Part shown: piece after piece, positions 55,299 through 64,000 of the stretch
Position numbering within the stretch: the first letter of the stretch is position 1
Layout of the letters: each line of letters starts with the position of its first letter
Assembly: GCA_964601855.1 (NCBI GenBank)
Contig: CAZRPA010000001.1
Coordinates: forward strand, 23,275 to 87,274
Direction: 5' to 3'
Length of the DNA stretch: 64,000 nt
DNA from: an uncultured Flavipsychrobacter sp.
GTDB taxonomy: Bacteria > Bacteroidota > Bacteroidia > Chitinophagales > Chitinophagaceae
Program-made: the position numbers and the translations under genes
Notes under the pieces: generated by a model
What the model saw: the letters and a program-made list of their open reading frames with translations, nothing else
Databases searched by the model: none
What the model was told of the DNA's origin: nothing

Positions 55299-57857
55299 CT
55301 ACATTAATTTTCTTTTGATAAATTTCTCTAATTCTACCGCATGAAACACTACTGCAGAAAGAAGAATACATATAAATAGCTCGTTTATTGTAAGTGGTTG
55401 TGTCTTAAATATTTTGTTGGCAAAGGGGAGGTATATAATAGCCAACTGTAGCATAAAAGTAGCAACTACAGCGCCTAGTAATAAAGGATTGGAGAAAAAT
55501 CCTTTTTCGAAAATGAAGTATTTATCGCTCCTTATGGCCAACACATGCCCTAGCTGTGACACCAGCAAAACCGTAAAAACCATAGTTTGCCAGTGGGTAC
55601 CACTATCAGCAAGCGCATATTTCTGTACAGCTAGCGTGATGCCTGCCATCAATATACCCACCCATATTATGTGCATACCTATGCCATCTGCAAACATACT
55701 TTCACCAGGTGGTCGGGGTTTTCGTTTCATAATGTCTAGTTCTGCTTTTTCATTGGCTAGTGCCAGTCCGGGCAGGCCATCTGTTACCAGATTTATCCAT
55801 AATATATGTATAGGTAGCAGCGGAATGGTCATACCCAGAAAAGGAGCCAAAACAATAAGAAGTATTTCTGCACTATTGCATGCCATAATATACTTTACAA
55901 ACCGCCGAATATTATCAAATATCCTACGGCCTTCTTTTACAGCTTTAATGATAGTAGCAAAGTTGTCGTCTAGTAATATGAGGTGGGCTGCTTCTTTGCT
56001 CACATCTGTACCCGTTATGCCCATGGCTATGCCTATATTAGCTGTCTTGAGCGATGGAGCATCATTGGCACCATCACCAGTCATGGCTACAAAGTGGTTG
56101 CGTTTTTGTAGTGCCTTTACTATATCCAGCTTTTGTTGAGGCGTCACTCGCGCGTACACGCTTATATGTTCTATTTTGTCTTCCAGTTCTAGTGCCGATA
56201 GTGCGGCTAGCTCAGTACCTGATACCGCAATTTTTCCAGAGGTTAATATGCCTATTTGCTTGGCTATACTAGATGCGGTAGCCAGGTGGTCGCCCGTTAT
56301 CATTACAGGTGTTATACCTGCTGACTTAGCTTCTTCTATTGCCTTTTTTACTTCATCTCTAGGAGGGTCTATCATGCCCGCCATACCAGCGTAGGAGAGG
56401 TTTGTTTCTATATTGTCTATGGTAGGTGTGGTAGGTACAGTATCTATGATTTTATACCCGAAGCATAATACCCTTAGTCCGTTTGCAGCCATATCGGCAG
56501 CCTTGTTTTCGGGTGCTGATTGGTCGGTGTCTATTGCAGAGAGTACCGATTCGATAGCTCCTTTAGTTATCACAAGGTACTTATCCTCAAAGCTATGAAT
56601 GGTTGTCATTCTTTTCCTGTCAGCATCAAATGGTAGCTCGGCTATTCGGGGGTATTTTTTCTGTATTACTTTTACTGTAGTTATGTCAAATTTGGTAGTT
56701 ATATAATCTGCCAGTGCTATCTCGGTAGGGTCACCTATCCATTTATTATCTTCATTTTGTATCAGGTCATGATTGAGCGCCATGCCTATTTCCAGCATTG
56801 TGTAAGGGCGTGTTTGGATATCACCTAAGTCTGCCTCTACTGTCTCTGTTACCTTCATCTCGTTTCTGGTCAGTGTGCCAGTTTTATCAGAGCATATATA
56901 GGTCACAGAACCCAGTGTTTCTACCGCAGGTAGCTTGCGCACCACTACGTTTTTTGTAGCCAGTCTTTTTGCACCTCTTGCCAGTGCTATGGTTATCAGT
57001 GCTGGTAGAGCCTCAGGAATAGCAGCTACCGCCAGTGTAATGGCTACCAGTAGCATGGGTAGTGGTGCCTCGCCCCGCATTATGCCCAGAACAAACATTA
57101 ATACACAAATGCCCAAAATAATCCAGGATAGTTTTTTGCTGAAGTCGGCCATTCGTAGTTGCAGTGGCGTTTTCATTTCCTTGGTTTGCAGCATACCTGC
57201 TATTTTCCCTATTTCAGTAAGCATACCCGTAGCCACTGCCACCCCGTAGCCTCTTCCATTTATTATTTTGGTAGTCTTGTAGGCCATGTTATTTCGGTCG
57301 CCTAGCGGCAGGTCTGTAGTGGTATTTAGGTTGCTGGTTTTGCTGGCAGGTACAGACTCGCCGGTTAGGGTTGCTTCTTCTATTTGTAGCGAGTGTGCTT
57401 CCAGTATCCGTAAATCGGCAGGTACTAGTTGACCCGCCTCCAGCAGCACTATATCACCCGGCACAATTTCGGTAGAGGATAATTCTATGGTTTTTCCGTC
57501 TCTTTTTACTTTCGATATCGGCGTTGCCATACTGCGCAGCGCTTCCATTGTCTTCTCAGCGCGGTATTCCTGCACGAATCCCAATATGGCATTGAGCAGC
57601 ACTATCACCAATATTATAACCGTATCTACCATGTCGCCTGCTAAACCAGATATAACAGCAGCTACCATCAAGATGATAATCATAAAGTCGGTGAACTGAT
57701 GTAGCAGTATGGTGAATGCTCCTACCTTTTTTACGTTGGTAAGTTCATTTTTGCCATGGGTTTGCCTCGATGCGCTTACAGCACTTTCAGATAGTCCACG
57801 TTCAGAAGAATTGAGTTCATTCAGAACGGTTTTGGTATCCAGTGTGTGCCAGATCAT
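55299..57857 (-). CDS. cation-translocating P-type ATPase (P2/Ca2+- or Mg2+-type)
   Basis: 852 aa. TGES, ICSDKTGTLT, MITGD and MTGDGANDAPSLK motifs with ~10 TM segments. Confidence 0.92.
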   Translation of the reverse strand: MIWHTLDTKTVLNELNSSERGLSESAVSASRQTHGKNELTNVKKVGAFTILLHQFTDFMIIILMVAAVISGLAGDMVDTVIILVIVLLNAILGFVQEYRAEKTMEALRSMATPISKVKRDGKTIELSSTEIVPGDIVLLEAGQLVPADLRILEAHSLQIEEATLTGESVPASKTSNLNTTTDLPLGDRNNMAYKTTKIINGRGYGVAVATGMLTEIGKIAGMLQTKEMKTPLQLRMADFSKKLSWIILGICVLMFVLGIMRGEAPLPMLLVAITLAVAAIPEALPALITIALARGAKRLATKNVVVRKLPAVETLGSVTYICSDKTGTLTRNEMKVTETVEADLGDIQTRPYTMLEIGMALNHDLIQNEDNKWIGDPTEIALADYITTKFDITTVKVIQKKYPRIAELPFDADRKRMTTIHSFEDKYLVITKGAIESVLSAIDTDQSAPENKAADMAANGLRVLCFGYKIIDTVPTTPTIDNIETNLSYAGMAGMIDPPRDEVKKAIEEAKSAGITPVMITGDHLATASSIAKQIGILTSGKIAVSGTELAALSALELEDKIEHISVYARVTPQQKLDIVKALQKRNHFVAMTGDGANDAPSLKTANIGIAMGITGTDVSKEAAHLILLDDNFATIIKAVKEGRRIFDNIRRFVKYIMACNSAEILLIVLAPFLGMTIPLLPIHILWINLVTDGLPGLALANEKAELDIMKRKPRPPGESMFADGIGMHIIWVGILMAGITLAVQKYALADSGTHWQTMVFTVLLVSQLGHVLAIRSDKYFIFEKGFFSNPLLLGAVVATFMLQLAIIYLPFANKIFKTQPLTINELFICILLSAVVFHAVELEKFIKRKLM

Positions 57858-58080
57858 AGTGCAGATTTAATTGTGGTATAGCATGTAGGCGGTAGTAGTG
57901 CCAGATAAAGATACTATATCGAGCACTACAGTAGTGGAGTAACAATAACTTAATGACCAGTGTAGTAACTTACTAGATTTATGATTTAATTACTGGTGTG
58001 AAGTGAATATGGCACCTGTTCCGAATAGAAATGTATCAATGAATAATGGAATAGTAGGGAATAAAGATGCCAAACCAATA

Positions 58081-59229
58081 CTAATGACTAGTCTGTGCAA
58101 ATGCAGCGGCAGACTTACTTGCTATCATATCTTTTTTTGCAAGGTATGCATCCAATTTATCTTTGGGTATTCGCAGATTGTAAAATGGGGTAGGGTAAGT
58201 TTTGTAGATAAATGATTCGTAGTCGGTATTCCATTTAGTCAATAACTTTTTATCAATACCCAATTCTTGCTGCATAATATCGAAATGCACAGGGGTTTTG
58301 ATGCGAACTATAGACATGTTTTGCAGCTCCTCGGCAGTAAACTGTGGTTTCTTCTCAGCAGTGGCGGCAGCGGTAGCCTCGCCAGCGGGTGGAGTGATGA
58401 GTGGTTTGCCAGTGAGTGGGTCTCTTTTGGCAGTTAGCAGTTCATCTTCCTTACCGAATTTAAAATCTACTGGTACACTGCCCAGATTGATAAATTTGCT
58501 AAGATTTTCAAATATACTGGCGGTAGCTATAAATGCCAATACATGCCCCTGCGTTTCTTTGGGAAGATATTCTTTTATATCCCAAAAGTTGCGGCTGCCT
58601 GTACGGTCTATTGCCCGCTGCACAGGGGTAGGCCCGCTATTGTAGGCTGCTATCACTAACAGCCAGTCATTTAGCTGACCATACAACAGTTCCAGATATT
58701 TAGTAGCTGCTGTTGTCGACTTGTACCAATCTGTGCGGTCATCTTGTTTTCTATTCACAGATAACCCCATCATTTTTGCAGTCGACTCCATGAGTTGCCA
58801 CGGACCTACTGCTCCAGCTCTCGACACTGCTTTGTGATTAAGTGCTGATTCTATTACAGCCAAATATTTAAGCTCTTTGGGTAGTTGTTTTTTTTCCAGC
58901 ACATTATCTATAACCGAAAATGGCTTAGAACTGGAATTTTGTACACTATTCAGCGTTTTGTTATGTACTTCCAGATACTTCCGTACATACTCATTTACAT
59001 AATCGTTTTTTTCGCCGAAGTATGATTTAGTGCCCGCTAGCGGCACTTCGCCGTATTTGGCTAGATCTTTAGGGTTGATGTTTTCTGTAAGTAATGCCTG
59101 ATTTTTGGTAGTATCTTTCAACTGTGCAGCAGCTGGTTTTCTGGATATGATCACCTCTTTCTGCGCACTGGCATTGACTGCCATTACGAGCAAACAGGCA
59201 AAAATTAGCAAAAAAGATCTGTATTGCAT
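58081..59229 (-). CDS. lytic transglycosylase domain protein (SLT/MltD-like)
   Basis: Signal peptide. SLT catalytic context LAVIESALNHKAVSRAGAVGPWQLM and AAYNSGP. Confidence 0.85.
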   Translation of the reverse strand: MQYRSFLLIFACLLVMAVNASAQKEVIISRKPAAAQLKDTTKNQALLTENINPKDLAKYGEVPLAGTKSYFGEKNDYVNEYVRKYLEVHNKTLNSVQNSSSKPFSVIDNVLEKKQLPKELKYLAVIESALNHKAVSRAGAVGPWQLMESTAKMMGLSVNRKQDDRTDWYKSTTAATKYLELLYGQLNDWLLVIAAYNSGPTPVQRAIDRTGSRNFWDIKEYLPKETQGHVLAFIATASIFENLSKFINLGSVPVDFKFGKEDELLTAKRDPLTGKPLITPPAGEATAAATAEKKPQFTAEELQNMSIVRIKTPVHFDIMQQELGIDKKLLTKWNTDYESFIYKTYPTPFYNLRIPKDKLDAYLAKKDMIASKSAAAFAQTSH

Positions 59230-59316
59230 GTTTTATCGTTTTTAAGGCGGTGAAGCATGCAACCCTTTTATAAAGGGAAGCTGATGAAAAATAAGATGAA
59301 AGGCTGTAGCCCTATA

Positions 59317-59553
59317 TTAAGCGTTGTTATTAGTAGACGTTGTTTTGTCTTTTTCTTTCAAACCGCTTTCTATTTCGTTTTTGATACCGTCTTTGGCATC
59401 ATTAAACTCGCGTATACCTTTGCCAAGACCCTTAGCAAGTTCTGGTATTTTTTTACCGCCAAACAACACAACAATGATGATTAAAAGAATCATCAGTTCC
59501 CCTGAATTTGGCATGCCCATGAGCATTTGCGAATTGATACTTAACAGTGACAT
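59317..59553 (-). CDS. tatA: twin-arginine translocase subunit TatA/E
   Basis: [36 protein letters not shown] is the canonical TatA TM segment plus amphipathic helix. The true start is probably one of the ATGs at 59526, 59520 or 59514. Confidence 0.85.
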   Translation of the reverse strand: MSLLSINSQMLMGMPNSGELMILLIIIVVLFGGKKIPELAKGLGKGIREFNDAKDGIKNEIESGLKEKDKTTSTNNNA

Positions 59554-59874
59554 TGAAGAAATATTTAAAAAGTAGTGCTGAATTGTAATATAACTGGCTG
59601 CGAAGATACGGGCAAAAGTGCAAAAAAGACACTTTTATTTAGATGATTGCTTTTTTAACAAGGCTGTTACTACCCCGTATTCATTGATTAAATCCCTTTC
59701 CTTGGGTCAATATTATTGTATACTCTAGGTGCCAAGTAGTATCTTTTGCTGCAATTAAGTCATAGATAATGATTGCCTAATGTTATTTGAGAGTATTCAT
59801 TAATGGTAGAATTGCACTGCTTTTTCGCACAGAAATCAATCTGTAAAATGCACACTAAATATTATCTTCGTGCT

Positions 59875-62112
59875 ATGCAGGTAGCAATAAAGAACATGTT
59901 GTGTGTGGCAGCAATGCTGTTGTTGGCGGGTAATATACAAGGGCAACAGCTCATAAAATATATTGATCCCATCATTGGTACTGGTGGGCATGGTCATACC
60001 TTCCCCGGTGTAAGTGTGCCCTTTGGTATGGTGCAGCTAAGTCCCGACAATGGTTCGGAAGGATGGGACTGGTGTAGCGGATATAATTATTCCGACACAA
60101 CAATAGCTGGTTTCAGTCACATGCATCTAAGTGGCACTGGTTGTGGCGACTGGACAGATATTTCTGTTATGCCGCATACCTCCCATATTGATGAAGTGTC
60201 AAAATACTTTAAGGTAGGTTTCGATCATAAAAATGAACATGCCAAAGCCGGATACTATGAAGTGAAACTAAACAGTGGTGTTGAAGTAGCGCTGACCGCT
60301 ACTGAGCGTTGCGGAATGCACAAATACACATTTCCTAAGGGAAGTAAAGCGCATGTGAGATTTCAGCTTACTTACATGATAAACTATGACAGTGCTACGA
60401 GTACGTCTATAAAATTACTTAATGATACTACTATAGTAGGTTACAGATACTCCGCTGGTTGGGCCAAAACACAGCGGGTATATTTTGCTGCCAAGCTATC
60501 TATACCTGTAAAAAAAATAACCTTTTTTGACAACAATACACACAAAGAAGTGTCGCTTCCGGCATTAGGCAATAATAGGTACAATGCAGAGCTAGAGTTA
60601 GGTGACCTGAAAGGAATTCCATTGATGATGAAAGTAGGTCTATCTAGTGTTAGTACAGACAAAGCACTATTAGCACTTAACGAAATACCTCATTGGGACT
60701 TTGATGAGGTGAGACATGAGGCTGAGGAAAAGTGGGAGGCTGAAATGCAGAAGATAACCGTAAAAACCAATGACGAAAAACTGAAGAGGATTTTTTACAC
60801 TGCATTGTACCATACATGCATAGCACCAGTACTCTACTCTGACAGAGATGGTGAGTATAAAAACGCTGAGGGAAATACACTCAATATGGGCGACGGACAG
60901 CGATACACAGTATTCTCGCTATGGGATACATTTAGGGGTTTACATCCCTTGTTTACACTTACTCAGCCCGAGCGCAACAAAGATATACTCAATAGCATGC
61001 TGGCTTTCTGCGATGAAACAGGGCTATTGCCAGTATGGGACCTTAGCACTTACGAAACCAACTGTATGAGTGGCTATCATGCCGTGCCAGTGTTGGCCGA
61101 TGCGGTACTTAAAAATACACTGGGTGTAGACCCAGAACGTGTGCTGGAGGCAATGAAAAAAAGTGCCTTTCAGGATGTAAGAGGAACTAAAGATTATCGT
61201 ACTTATGGCTACGTACCGCAAGATAAAGCGTGGCACACTGTTACTAAAACATTAGAGTACGCATTTGACGACTGGTGTATAGCTCAGGTGGCTTACAAGC
61301 TTGGTAAAATAGAAGACTATGAACTATTCATGAAAAGAGCTGCTGCTTACAAAATCTTGTTTGACAAAGAAACCGGATTTATAAGAGCCAAAAACAGTGA
61401 TGGTACATGGACACAGCCATTTGATCCCTATTATACTTCTACCGATGGCAGTAAGTCGTTTTATGAAGAGGGTAATGCATGGCAGTACACATTTTTTGTA
61501 CCTCACGATATTAGAGGTTTAGCAAAGGGATTTGGTAGCTATGATGCATTTACCCGCAAACTCGATGCTCTGTTCAGTGCACCATCGGGTGTTAAGGGAG
61601 AGAGCGCACCGCCAGATGTGAGTGGGCTTATAGGGCAGTATGCACATGGCAATGAGCCAAGTCACCATATAGCATACATGTATAGTTATGTAGGTGAGTC
61701 GTGGAAGACCCAACAGTGGGTGCGACTGATTATGGACTCTATGTATCACGACCAGCCAGAAGGCTACTCGGGCAATGAAGATTGTGGGCAAATGAGTGCT
61801 TGGGCGGTATGGAGCATGACTGGTTTTTATCCTGCCAATCCTGGTAAGGGTGAGTATGTGTTTGGTAGTCCCATGTTTGACGAGGTAACAATGAAGCTGC
61901 CTTCAGGCAATACAATGCAGATCAAAGCAAAAAACGCTGGCAAAAACAATCCTTACATTCAGAGTGTACTGCTCAATGGCGCACCATACACAAAGGTGTA
62001 CATAGACCATGAGACCCTACTGGCAGGTGGCGTGCTGGAAATGGAAATGGGTAGCAAACCCAATAAAGACTACGGTAAGAATTCTGCTGATTGGCCTTCA
62101 TCAACAAACTAA
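59875..62112 (+). CDS. GH92 family alpha-mannosidase
   Basis: ATG 59875 within ORF 59803-62112 gives the signal peptide MQVAIKNMLCVAAMLLLAGNIQGQQ. GTGGHGHTFPG..PFGMVQLSPD, FSHMHLSGTG, GNEPSHH and NEDCGQMS are GH92 motifs. Confidence 0.9.
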   Translation: MQVAIKNMLCVAAMLLLAGNIQGQQLIKYIDPIIGTGGHGHTFPGVSVPFGMVQLSPDNGSEGWDWCSGYNYSDTTIAGFSHMHLSGTGCGDWTDISVMPHTSHIDEVSKYFKVGFDHKNEHAKAGYYEVKLNSGVEVALTATERCGMHKYTFPKGSKAHVRFQLTYMINYDSATSTSIKLLNDTTIVGYRYSAGWAKTQRVYFAAKLSIPVKKITFFDNNTHKEVSLPALGNNRYNAELELGDLKGIPLMMKVGLSSVSTDKALLALNEIPHWDFDEVRHEAEEKWEAEMQKITVKTNDEKLKRIFYTALYHTCIAPVLYSDRDGEYKNAEGNTLNMGDGQRYTVFSLWDTFRGLHPLFTLTQPERNKDILNSMLAFCDETGLLPVWDLSTYETNCMSGYHAVPVLADAVLKNTLGVDPERVLEAMKKSAFQDVRGTKDYRTYGYVPQDKAWHTVTKTLEYAFDDWCIAQVAYKLGKIEDYELFMKRAAAYKILFDKETGFIRAKNSDGTWTQPFDPYYTSTDGSKSFYEEGNAWQYTFFVPHDIRGLAKGFGSYDAFTRKLDALFSAPSGVKGESAPPDVSGLIGQYAHGNEPSHHIAYMYSYVGESWKTQQWVRLIMDSMYHDQPEGYSGNEDCGQMSAWAVWSMTGFYPANPGKGEYVFGSPMFDEVTMKLPSGNTMQIKAKNAGKNNPYIQSVLLNGAPYTKVYIDHETLLAGGVLEMEMGSKPNKDYGKNSADWPSSTN

Positions 62113-62120
62113 CTACTAAT

Positions 62121-62303
62121 ATGGGCTGGAGATATCGCAAAACATTCAGAAACGGACCAGTGACAAGCACGGTCACCAAAAACGGTGTGGGGCATAGTAT
62201 AGGTTTTCTGGGTTTCAGAATTGGGGTTACTGCTGCCGGCAAGAAGTTTTGGAGTTTTGGTTTAAAGGGCACTGGGCTGTACTATATTAAGTATTACAGC
62301 TAA
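62121..62303 (+). CDS. DUF4236-like small protein
   Basis: ATG 62121 within ORF 62091-62303. MGWRYRKTF..GP...TVTKNG......G..G.R matches my recollection of the DUF4236 N-terminal pattern. Confidence 0.55.
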   Translation: MGWRYRKTFRNGPVTSTVTKNGVGHSIGFLGFRIGVTAAGKKFWSFGLKGTGLYYIKYYS

Positions 62304-62324
62304 CAGCTTACTTGTATCCCCCGC

Positions 62325-62810
62325 ATGGAAGATATAGTTATAAAATCGATTAATATAGCCGACCATTACGCTACGGTAAGCGAAATGATGCATGGGCTGC
62401 ACACCAACGAAAAAAGATTGCATAGCAAAACTGCACTGTGGCATACTATACAATCTGCCTACATGAGCCATGTAATAGCTATGCAAGAGGAGTGTGAGGG
62501 TATTTGCCTGATGGCGTATGTGGGCGGCCAACCCGCTGGTTTCATTTTTGGCTATGCCGAAGAGCCTGATGATAGTCGTATAGAAGAGTATGTAGGTAAG
62601 GAATTGTACGTATCGGACGGATATGTGCTGCCCGAATACAGACTACAGGGAATCTACAAAATGCTGAATACGAGGCTGGAGGAAGAATACACAAAAAGAG
62701 GCGTAGGGCGCATAAGTAGGCACACATTAGTAGTCAATGAAGGTATGCGGGCGCTGTTGGAGCATCAGGGGTATGTAGCTACCCGTATATTATATGAAAA
62801 GTGGTTGTAA
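62325..62810 (+). CDS. GNAT family N-acetyltransferase
   Basis: 161 aa. Motif A-like context YVLPEYRLQGIYKMLNTRLEEEYTKRG (R/Q-x-x-G-x-G/A region). Confidence 0.75.
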   Translation: MEDIVIKSINIADHYATVSEMMHGLHTNEKRLHSKTALWHTIQSAYMSHVIAMQEECEGICLMAYVGGQPAGFIFGYAEEPDDSRIEEYVGKELYVSDGYVLPEYRLQGIYKMLNTRLEEEYTKRGVGRISRHTLVVNEGMRALLEHQGYVATRILYEKWL

Positions 62811-62851
62811 TTATCGTTTCCAAATCCGACAAACGGTAGTAGTTTTGCCAC

Positions 62852-63328
62852 ATGCGGGTATTGATGGTTTGTTTGGGTAATATCTGCCGTTCGCCAATAG
62901 CGGAGGGTGTGCTACAGCATAAGGCTAAGCAAAACGGATTGAATTGGGTGGTAGATTCTGCGGGTACAGAGTCATACCATATAGGCGAGCCGCCACACCC
63001 ACACTCCCAAAAAGTATGCAGAGCGCACGGCATAGATATCAGCAACCAGCGAGCCAGAAGATTTACCAAAGCAGACTTTCAGGAGTACGATATCATTTAT
63101 GCTATGGCTGCCGATGTGTATGACAATATACAACTGATAGGTGGTGGAGCAGCTATAATGAGTAAGGTAATATACTTTCTTAATGAGGCTATGCCGGGTA
63201 GCAATGCATCGGTGCCAGACCCATGGTATGGCAAAGAAGATGGCTACCTAGAAGTGTATAAACTTATAAACAACACCTGCGATGTAATAATAGATAAGTA
63301 CGGAAATAAAGAGAATAACAATAAGTAA
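62852..63328 (+). CDS. low-molecular-weight protein-tyrosine phosphatase
   Basis: The P-loop VCLGNICRSPIAEG (CX5R-S) and the DPWY Asp loop. Confidence 0.9.
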   Translation: MRVLMVCLGNICRSPIAEGVLQHKAKQNGLNWVVDSAGTESYHIGEPPHPHSQKVCRAHGIDISNQRARRFTKADFQEYDIIYAMAADVYDNIQLIGGGAAIMSKVIYFLNEAMPGSNASVPDPWYGKEDGYLEVYKLINNTCDVIIDKYGNKENNNK

Positions 63329-63358
63329 GGTAACAAGTAAATTTCAGCATAAAAAGCA

Positions 63359-64000
63359 ATGTCAAAACCAGCTATACCACAAGGAACAAGAGATTTTTCG
63401 CCCGATGTAGTGCGCAAACGTAGATATATACTCGATACCCTGAAGGGTATTTTCGAACTATATGGTTTTCAGCCATTAGAAACTCCTGCCATGGAAAACC
63501 TGACCACACTTACAGGAAAATATGGAGAGGAGGGGGATAGGTTAATTTTTAAGATATTGAATAACGGCCTTCATGAAATAAAAAAAGAGGTAGATAAAGC
63601 TAAACTAAGTTCGGAGTGGGAAAAAGTACTTAGCAAATCTTACTCATCTCCTGTGGTTACTGAGCGTGCATTGAGGTATGACCTCACTATACCCTTTGCT
63701 AGGTATGTGGCCATGAACCAGAACGATATAGCATTCCCATTCCGTCGTTACCAGATGCAGCCAGTATGGCGCGCCGACCGCCCACAAAAAGGTAGATATA
63801 GAGAGTTTTGGCAGTGCGATGCAGATGTAGTGGGCAGCACATCGCTTATCAACGAGGCTGAGTTATTGTGTATCTACAGTCAGGCTTTTACACAGTTAGG
63901 CTTGCCGGTGGCTATAAAAATTAACAGCAGAAAACTATTGCAGGGATTATCGGAGATATGCGGTCATCCCGAAAAAATGATGGATATAACCATCGCAATG
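63359..64000 (+). CDS. hisS: histidine--tRNA ligase, N-terminal part (3' end outside window)
   Basis: [46 protein letters not shown] and [32 protein letters not shown] are class II HisRS motifs 1 and 2. The frame is still open at the window end. Confidence 0.92.
   Translation, partial: MSKPAIPQGTRDFSPDVVRKRRYILDTLKGIFELYGFQPLETPAMENLTTLTGKYGEEGDRLIFKILNNGLHEIKKEVDKAKLSSEWEKVLSKSYSSPVVTERALRYDLTIPFARYVAMNQNDIAFPFRRYQMQPVWRADRPQKGRYREFWQCDADVVGSTSLINEAELLCIYSQAFTQLGLPVAIKINSRKLLQGLSEICGHPEKMMDITIAM

Overview
The window looks like a Bacteroidota chromosome segment. Three proteins end in T9SS-type C-terminal sorting domains. Perfect TAnnTTTG -7 boxes sit 21-27 nt upstream of gene starts. A GH92 mannosidase and a Y_Y_Y propeller sensor kinase are also present. 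All protein calls rest on motif recognition by eye, because no BLAST or HMM search could be run. (1) 1-6.1 kb holds a zeaxanthin-type carotenoid operon, crtI-crtB-idi-crtZ-crtY(c/d fused). It is headed by a MerR regulator whose C-terminal half carries the CarH/LitR coenzyme-B12 photoreceptor signature (Wx9EH plus ExHxxG), and a direct-repeat candidate operator overlaps that gene's promoter. The idi-crtZ-crtY part is conspicuously GC/C-rich. (2) 6.1-12.3 kb is a strongly AT-rich accessory island around tRNA-Leu(CAG). It holds small unassignable genes on both strands, including a vWA-domain T9SS cargo protein, and no integrase or transposase is visible. (3) 12.3-16.9 kb is the most unusual part. 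Four same-orientation copies of an ~84-nt intergenic element punctuate a run of exported-protein genes: a lipoprotein, an SBBP beta-propeller T9SS cargo and a TPR lipoprotein. Each copy has an invariant TTGAT-A-ATCAA palindrome and an 11-bp-phased AACCGGCAA tandem repeat. I cannot match it to any element class I know. (4) 16.9-64 kb is mostly housekeeping: folP, pepT, cystathionine beta-synthase, tsaC/sua5, icd, a transglutaminase membrane protein, a sensor kinase/LuxR pair, DUF47-PiT, aroK, lpxK, gpx, ftsB-eno, an ECF sigma/anti-sigma pair, a P-type ATPase, tatA, GH92, LMW-PTP and the 5' part of hisS. This part also has several strong hairpins, a Pho-box-like heptamer array and a TA-like small-ORF/GNAT pair. 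No rRNA, CRISPR array or recognisable mobile-element gene was seen.
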